A DNA stretch of 32,000 nucleotides from Parasynechococcus marenigrum WH 8102 (GTDB lineage: Bacteria; Cyanobacteriota; Cyanobacteriia; PCC-6307; Cyanobiaceae): assembly GCF_000195975.1 (NCBI RefSeq), contig NC_005070.1:2100001-2132000 (forward strand), read 5' to 3'. Made by a program: the position numbers and the translations under genes. Positions within the stretch are counted from its first letter, which is position 1. Each line of letters starts with the position of its first letter. The notes below the pieces were generated by a model. That model saw nothing but the letters and a program-made list of their open reading frames with translations, was not told where the DNA came from and did not search any database. Shown piece by piece: positions 26,468-32,000 of the stretch.

Positions 26468-28057
26468 ATGCATTCGGTGGTGTCCAGGACCCAAAGGTCC
26501 GAAGATGCCACCACACCACTGCGGTCGGGACCCTTGAACCCTAACGGAGGTGTCAAAACTTTGGCGAAGCTGCTGGATCAACAGCGCTGGCTGATGCCAC
26601 TGCTGCTCTGGCTGCTCACGCTGATGCTCTGGCTGCCGGGTCTGGGCAACCTGCCGCTGCGCGACTGGGATGAAGGGCGCGTGGCCACGGTGGCCCGCTC
26701 CAGCACCAACCTGCTGCCGATGAAATGGCAGCAGCCCTACCTCAACAAACCCCCCGGTCTTCACGCCCCCATGGGCCAGCTGATCCGTGCCCACGGAGAG
26801 CAGGACGCCCTGGTGCGACTGCTGCCGGCCCTGCTCTCCACGCTGGCGGTCCCCCTGATCGTGCTAATACGCAGGGATCTCAACGGTCCCGACCGGCACC
26901 GCCGGGCCCTGCTGGCGGGGGTGGTGTTAATGACCCTGCTGCCCATGGCCCGTCACGGCCGGCTGGCGATGTTGGACGGCACGCTGGTGAGTTGCAGCCT
27001 GCTGCTGTGGTGGAGCTGGATCCGGGGCCGTCAGCATCCCCTGGCTGCTCTGAGCGCAGGGATCGCCGGCAGTGGCGTGTTGCTGCTGAAACCACCGGCA
27101 CTGCTGGGGTTGGGCCTGATCGCCCTGGTTGTGGGCGGCCGCAACAGCTGGCCGCGCTGGCGCGGCTGGATCGGCCTCAGCCTGGGACTGCTGCCCGGAC
27201 TGAGCTGGCATCTCTGGCACTGGAGTGTGCGCGGCGACGATGCGCTGCTTATGTGGGGCGGCCAGGGACTGGCCCGGATCACCAGCAGCGTCGGCGATGG
27301 CCACGGCTGGTGGACCCCATGGGTGGAGGTGCTGGAAGGTGGTTGGCCCTGGCTGCTGCTGCTGCCCATCGGTCTGCACTGGGCCTGGCGGCAACGCCAC
27401 AACAGCGCCGGGCGCTGGGAACTGGGGCTGCTCCTCGGCAGTGCCGCCCTGGTGCTGCCGCTCCGCACCCAGTTGCCCTGGTACAGCCACCTGCTCTGGC
27501 CGCCTCTGGCCCTGCTCTGCGCCGAAGGGCTGGCTCAACTGCTCGACTCCGGGGCGCCCCGCTGGGTGGGCCGGTGCTGGCAGGTTCTCGGCCTTGGACT
27601 GAGCCTGGCTGGATTGGGCACGTTGGTGATCCGCGAGCCACAACTGCCGAGCCTCAGCCTGCTGCTGGCGGGGTTCGGGCTGTTGGCTGGAGGCCAAGCC
27701 ATCAGACATCCCCAGCCCCAGCGGCGGCGACGCGGGCTGGCGATCCTGGTGATCGCCTGGGGCCTGGCGCTGCTGGCCCTTTGGCACAGCCGCCTCTGGC
27801 TGTGGGAGCTGAATGAAAGCTGGGATCCACGGCCTGTGGCCGCTCAGGTGCGAACACTGCCGGCCGATGCGTCCGTTTGGCTGAAGGGGCCCACCCGGCC
27901 GTCCCTCGGCTGGTATGCGGGCCGAAACCTGCTGCAGTACCGCAAGAGTGAGCCACCCAAGGGGCCCTACTGGCTGGTGAGCAACAAGCCGATGCCGGGC
28001 TGCCTGCCGAGCCAGGACCCGGCCAGAGGTGAATGGCAGCTGTGGAAATGCCAATGA
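26468..28057 (+). CDS. ArnT/PMT-like (GT39/GT83-type) polytopic membrane glycosyltransferase
   Basis: The first periplasmic-loop acidic motif LPLRDWDEGRVATVARS follows the first helix, and hydrophobic helices run throughout. The start is uncertain: ATG 26468 or in-frame TTG 26561, which has GGAGG 10 nt upstream. Confidence 0.7.
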   Translation: MHSVVSRTQRSEDATTPLRSGPLNPNGGVKTLAKLLDQQRWLMPLLLWLLTLMLWLPGLGNLPLRDWDEGRVATVARSSTNLLPMKWQQPYLNKPPGLHAPMGQLIRAHGEQDALVRLLPALLSTLAVPLIVLIRRDLNGPDRHRRALLAGVVLMTLLPMARHGRLAMLDGTLVSCSLLLWWSWIRGRQHPLAALSAGIAGSGVLLLKPPALLGLGLIALVVGGRNSWPRWRGWIGLSLGLLPGLSWHLWHWSVRGDDALLMWGGQGLARITSSVGDGHGWWTPWVEVLEGGWPWLLLLPIGLHWAWRQRHNSAGRWELGLLLGSAALVLPLRTQLPWYSHLLWPPLALLCAEGLAQLLDSGAPRWVGRCWQVLGLGLSLAGLGTLVIREPQLPSLSLLLAGFGLLAGGQAIRHPQPQRRRRGLAILVIAWGLALLALWHSRLWLWELNESWDPRPVAAQVRTLPADASVWLKGPTRPSLGWYAGRNLLQYRKSEPPKGPYWLVSNKPMPGCLPSQDPARGEWQLWKCQ

Positions 28058-29460
28058 AACCACCCCGCCAGCTCTGGGGTCTTGCCGTCGGTCTGGGGCT
28101 GATCGGTTGGGGCTGCAGCGCCCTGCGGCATGCCCTACTGCACAGCAACGCCTACGACCTGGGCCTGTTTGACCAGTGGGTCTGGCTGATCAGCCAGGGG
28201 CTGCCACCGATCTCCTCGATGGAGCACGTTCACGTGCTGGCGGATCACGGTGCCTGGCTGCTGTACGGCACCGGTTTGCTCTACGAGCTGATCCCATCGG
28301 TGCAGTGGCTGCTGGCGGCCCAAGCCCTGGCCCTGAGTCTCACGGCCATCCCGATCTGGTGGCTGGCGCAGCAGGCTGGCGTCTCCAGACACGGCTGCTG
28401 GCTGGCATGCGGACTGTGGTGGCTGCAGCCCGTCGTCTTCAACACTCTGCTGTTCGATGTGCACCCGGAAACGTGGGTGATGCCCGCCTTCGCCTGGGCC
28501 CTCTGGGCCGAACGGGCCCAACGCCCGCGCCTGTGGTTGGCCCTGCTGCTGGTGATGCTGGGGGCCCGAGATGGGCTGGTGCTGGTGCTCGGCGGCATGG
28601 GGCTCGATCTGGCATGGCGCCAGCGCTGGCGGTGGAGTGCCGCCGTCAGCGGGCTGGCGGCGGGCTGGTTGCTGCTGCTGAGTCGGTGGCTCTATCCCTG
28701 GCTGCGCGATGGCGAAGGCCCCAAGGCCGCCGCTCGCATGTTCAGTCATCTCAGCGGCGGGCCGATGCAGATCCTGCAGAGCCTCGACTGGAGCGGAGGC
28801 CTTCAGTACCTGGGGCTGCTCTGCCTGCCCTGCATCTGGCTCTGGCGACGGCGATCACTGCCAACCCTGCTGATCGCCCTGCCCCTGGTGCTGGTCAATC
28901 TGCTGTCGGCCTCCGCCAGCTACCGCACCCTGGTGCATCACTACAGCCTGCCTCTGGCGCTGGTCGCCGTGCTGGCGGCCATTGATGGGGGGTTGGCAGC
29001 GGGTCGACCCCGCCATCGACTTCCCAGGAGCCTGATCTGGGCGACAGCCTGCTGGCTGGCCCTGGCCAAACCCTGGTTCTTCACAGGGCCCTACCTGCAG
29101 CGGCTGCCGCATCTGCCCTCAACTCAGGAAGCCATGGCCGAGGTGCATCCGAACGCCGCAGTGCTCACCACGAGTTACCTCGTACCGCACCTCAGCCAGC
29201 GCCGCCGGATCGCCTTCCCCAAAGCCTCCTTCAACCGTGAACTCAGCGATCAAGACTGGACGGTGCTGCTGCTGAACCCGACCGACCCAGGCTGGGGTTC
29301 CACCAGAAAGGTGCAACGGCGGCTGATCGATCAGGCTGAACGCGATGACTGGCACTGCCGGGATTGGCCCTCGGGCCTGACCCTCTGCAGATCATCGGAA
29401 CCTGAGCACGCTGAACGACTCCATGGCCTCGCTTCAGACCCCAGACCCCCGTTCAGCTGA
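28054..29460 (+). CDS. DUF2079-type polytopic membrane protein (GT-C-like), divergent paralog b
   Basis: ATG 28054 overlaps the upstream stop as ATGA. Motifs are SNAYDLGLFDQWVWL, FDVHPETWVMP, GARDGLVLVL, and a C-terminal ..VLTTSYLVPHLSQRRRIAFP. Confidence 0.7.
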   Translation: MKPPRQLWGLAVGLGLIGWGCSALRHALLHSNAYDLGLFDQWVWLISQGLPPISSMEHVHVLADHGAWLLYGTGLLYELIPSVQWLLAAQALALSLTAIPIWWLAQQAGVSRHGCWLACGLWWLQPVVFNTLLFDVHPETWVMPAFAWALWAERAQRPRLWLALLLVMLGARDGLVLVLGGMGLDLAWRQRWRWSAAVSGLAAGWLLLLSRWLYPWLRDGEGPKAAARMFSHLSGGPMQILQSLDWSGGLQYLGLLCLPCIWLWRRRSLPTLLIALPLVLVNLLSASASYRTLVHHYSLPLALVAVLAAIDGGLAAGRPRHRLPRSLIWATACWLALAKPWFFTGPYLQRLPHLPSTQEAMAEVHPNAAVLTTSYLVPHLSQRRRIAFPKASFNRELSDQDWTVLLLNPTDPGWGSTRKVQRRLIDQAERDDWHCRDWPSGLTLCRSSEPEHAERLHGLASDPRPPFS

Positions 29461-31051
29461 GTCGGCGCAACAGCGTGTCCATCTGGCCGCAGCACTGTTC
29501 GTGCTGATCGGCTGCGCCTTGCAGTGGTGGCGCATGCAATCCCTTACAGCCTCCATGGACCAGGGCATCCTGATGCAGGTGCTCTGGAACGGCCTGCGGG
29601 GGCACCCCTTTGAAAGCACGCTCTCGTCGCAGCTGTCCACCAACGTGATCCACAGCGGTGAGCTGCCCGCCCTCGGTTACCACCGGCTCGGGCAGCACTT
29701 CACCCCAATCCTGGCGTTGTGGATTCCGCTGGTGGGGCTGCTGGGGAAATGGGCCCTTCCGATGCTGCAGGTGGTGCTGATCACCGCTGCTGGGCTCGTG
29801 CTGCACCGGTTGGCGCAACAGCAGCTCAAGCCCGACCTGGCGGCCATGGTCACCATCGCGTTCTACGGCGCCAATGCGGTGATCGCGCCCTGCATGCTCA
29901 GCAACTTCACCGATCTCAGTCAGCTGCCGTTGTGCGTGTTTCTGCTGCTGCTGGGGCTGGAGCGCCAGCAGCGCTGGCTCACATGGGCAGCCGCTCTGGC
30001 CATTCCCCTGATTCGGGAGGACACCGGCGTTGTGCTGATGGGAGTTGGGATCTGGCTGGGTCTGCGCCGTAAGGGGCGCTGGCCGATGGCCGTGACATTG
30101 ATCCTGTTCGGTGGCGGATGGGTGGCCCTGTCCACCAACGTTCTGATGCCGTTGTTCAGCGCAGACAACGCCCAACGGTTCATGGTGGAGAACTTCGGGC
30201 AATACCTGGAAGGCCGCGACCAGGCCAGCAGCCTGGAGGTGCTTGGGCTGGTGCTGCGCCAGCCCCTGGTTCTGCTGCGCGAACTGGTGTCGCCACCGGG
30301 CAACACCATCACCTACCTACTGGCCCAGGGCTTACCGCTGATCCTGGTGCCCTTCATCTCGATCGACAGCTGGCTGCTGATGGGGCTGCCACTGCTGGGG
30401 TTGCTACTGGCCCAGGGCTTCAACAATCCGCTGTCCATCAGCATCCGTTACACCTATCTAGTGGTGCCGGGGCTGTTCGCTGGAGCCGTGCTCTGGTGGC
30501 GCAGCCGTCAGGTGCTGTTCGAATCTCGCCGCCTGCGCCGGATCTGGGCTGGCGCCATCGCCCTGTCCTGTTTGTTCACCGTGACGGCCAATCCAAACCA
30601 GAGCTTGTCCTGGATGATTCCAGACAGCATCCAACCTTGGATCTACCGGGATCCCGTGGCCCAGTTCCGCCATGGCCAGCGGGCCCTTGCTTTGATCCAG
30701 ACCATTCCAGATAACAGCAGCGTTGCGGCCACCACGGGCCTGATCCCCCACCTGGCCAATCGTGAAGTATTGATCCGCTTTCCTTACAACGACCGTTATC
30801 AGAATCAGGACGGCCAACCCGTTCCGGTGGAATGGGTTGCGGCCGATCTCCACAACCAACGCCTGTTTCAGACGTTTCGAAAACAGCGCAAAGGTCTGAA
30901 ACGCAATCTTCGACAGATCAATAAGTTGTCGGATCAGGGGTATGGCGTTGTTGCCTTCGACGATGACGTCGTCCTGCTGCAACGACAGGCCCAAATCAAT
31001 GCAGGGGCACAACTGGCGTTCAATGCACTCTCTGAATCTTTGAATTTCTGA
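29423..31051 (+). CDS. DUF2079-type polytopic membrane protein (GT-C-like), paralog c
   Basis: Colinear with paralog a along its whole length. Shared blocks are QVLWNGLRGHPFESTLSSQLSTNVIHSGELP, LGQHFTPILALW, IPLIREDTGVVL and MPLFSADNAQRFMVENFGQYL. It overlaps gene b by 38 nt. Confidence 0.75.
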   Translation: MASLQTPDPRSAESAQQRVHLAAALFVLIGCALQWWRMQSLTASMDQGILMQVLWNGLRGHPFESTLSSQLSTNVIHSGELPALGYHRLGQHFTPILALWIPLVGLLGKWALPMLQVVLITAAGLVLHRLAQQQLKPDLAAMVTIAFYGANAVIAPCMLSNFTDLSQLPLCVFLLLLGLERQQRWLTWAAALAIPLIREDTGVVLMGVGIWLGLRRKGRWPMAVTLILFGGGWVALSTNVLMPLFSADNAQRFMVENFGQYLEGRDQASSLEVLGLVLRQPLVLLRELVSPPGNTITYLLAQGLPLILVPFISIDSWLLMGLPLLGLLLAQGFNNPLSISIRYTYLVVPGLFAGAVLWWRSRQVLFESRRLRRIWAGAIALSCLFTVTANPNQSLSWMIPDSIQPWIYRDPVAQFRHGQRALALIQTIPDNSSVAATTGLIPHLANREVLIRFPYNDRYQNQDGQPVPVEWVAADLHNQRLFQTFRKQRKGLKRNLRQINKLSDQGYGVVAFDDDVVLLQRQAQINAGAQLAFNALSESLNF

Positions 31052-31066
31052 ACTGCGTCATTACAT

Positions 31067-31090
31067 AAAAAAGCCTCCCTTTCGGGAGGC
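31067..31090 (-). terminator. rho-independent terminator of psbD (possibly bidirectional for the convergent operon)
   Basis: Minus strand reads GCCTCCC-gaaa-GGGAGGC followed by TTTTTT. It lies 22 nt after the psbD stop and 22 nt after the plus-strand stop at 31051. Confidence 0.75.
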
Positions 31091-31111
31091 TGGTAACTAT
31101 GGTCTTTGAAA

Positions 31112-32000
31112 TCAGAGGGCGTTGCCGCGGGGCAGAACCTCTTCAGGGAAGACGAAGTTTTCGTGCGGCTGGTCAGCCGGTGCCATCCAGGCACGCAGAC
31201 CTTCATTCAGAAGGATGTTCTTGGTGTAGAAGGTCTCGAATTCGGGATCTTCTGCAGCGCGGATTTCCTGCGACACGAAGTCGTAGGCGCGCAGGTTGAG
31301 GGCCAAGCCGATGATGCCAATGGAGCTGGTCCACAGACCCATCACAGGCACGAACAGCATGAAGAAGTGCAGCCAGCGCTTGTTGGAGAAGGCGATCCCG
31401 AAGATCTGACTCCAGAAGCGGTTGGCGGTGACCATGGAATAGGTCTCTTCTTCCTGAGTGGGCTCAAACGCCTTGAAGGTGTTGGCCTGCTCACCGTCCT
31501 CAAACAAGGTGTTTTCCACGGTGGCGCCGTGAATGGCGCAGAGCAGTGCACCGCCGAGGATGCCGGCGACGCCCATCATGTGGAATGGGTTCAGGGTCCA
31601 GTTGTGGAAGCCCTGGAGGAAGAGGAGGAAGCGGAAGATCGCAGCCACACCGAAGGAGGGCGCGAAGAACCAGCTGCTCTGGCCGAGGGGGTACATCAGG
31701 AAGACGCTGACGAACACCGCGATCGGACCGGAGAAGGCGATGGCGTTGTACGGGCGGATGCCGACCAGACGAGCGATTTCGAACTGACGCAGCATGAAGC
31801 CGATCAGTGCGAAGGCGCCGTGCAGGGCCACGAAGGCCCAGAGGCCGCCGAGCTGGCACCAGCGAACGAAGTCGCCCTGGGCTTCAGGGCCCCAGAGCAG
31901 CAGCAGGCTGTGACCCATCGCATCAGCGGGGGTGGAGACAGCAGCGGTGAGGAAGTTGCAACCTTCCAGGTACGAGGAGGCAATGCCGTGTGTGTACCAA
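31112..32000 (-). CDS. psbD: photosystem II D2 protein; 5' end lies beyond the window
   Basis: The C-terminus ..[46 protein letters not shown] is diagnostic for D2. The reading frame stays open above the track's ATG 31918 (..[44 protein letters not shown]..). Confidence 0.95.

Noticed and set aside
26725-28063. 363-aa (+, alternative frame) and 378-aa (-) ORFs inside the ArnT-like gene
   Set aside because: Both translations are Pro/Arg/Gly/Ala-rich with no hydrophobic periodicity. The chosen frame gives a coherent polytopic membrane protein with the WDEGR motif.
1-32000. Search for CRISPR arrays, IS elements or inverted-repeat transposon ends, tRNA/rRNA genes, and toxin-antitoxin or other defence-type small gene pairs
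   Set aside because: Intergenic spacers are too short everywhere except 20639-21171, 22803-23029, 24476-24679 and 26285-26467. None of these shows regularly spaced repeats, cloverleaf-like structure or transposase remnants. I could not run tRNAscan or Infernal, so small ncRNAs cannot be excluded.

Overview
High-GC picocyanobacterial chromosome segment. Gene content and protein sequences look like a marine or estuarine Synechococcus/Cyanobium-type genome. Coding is dense on both strands, with many 1-4 nt stop/start overlaps. Positions 1-16.9 kb hold housekeeping genes: PTPS-family, aroK, GST, rbfA, GH3 NagZ-like, GT2-TPR, hemD, crtQ/zds, an IscA-type protein, an LpxB-related protein, an NAD-epimerase-like protein, ndhO, a GT39-like membrane glycosyltransferase, a J-domain protein and cysK. 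Positions 16.97-24.48 kb are a visibly lower-GC tandem array of four minus-strand SLH-domain/OprB-type outer-membrane porin genes. One of these is frameshifted, and the array also holds two fossil porin stubs that mark a ~2.1 kb tandem-duplication junction. Positions 24.68-31.05 kb are a plus-strand operon of four large polytopic membrane proteins: three DUF2079-type paralogs and one ArnT/PMT-like protein. It ends at a hairpin shared with a convergent stand-alone psbD (D2), which runs off the right edge. I saw no tRNA, rRNA, CRISPR, IS element or integrase. The most promising lead for undescribed biology is the GT-C-like four-gene operon. A fifth GT-C-like gene lies on the other side of the porins, so these genes bracket the rapidly evolving SLH-porin array. 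All family assignments are from reading motifs by eye, not from searches.
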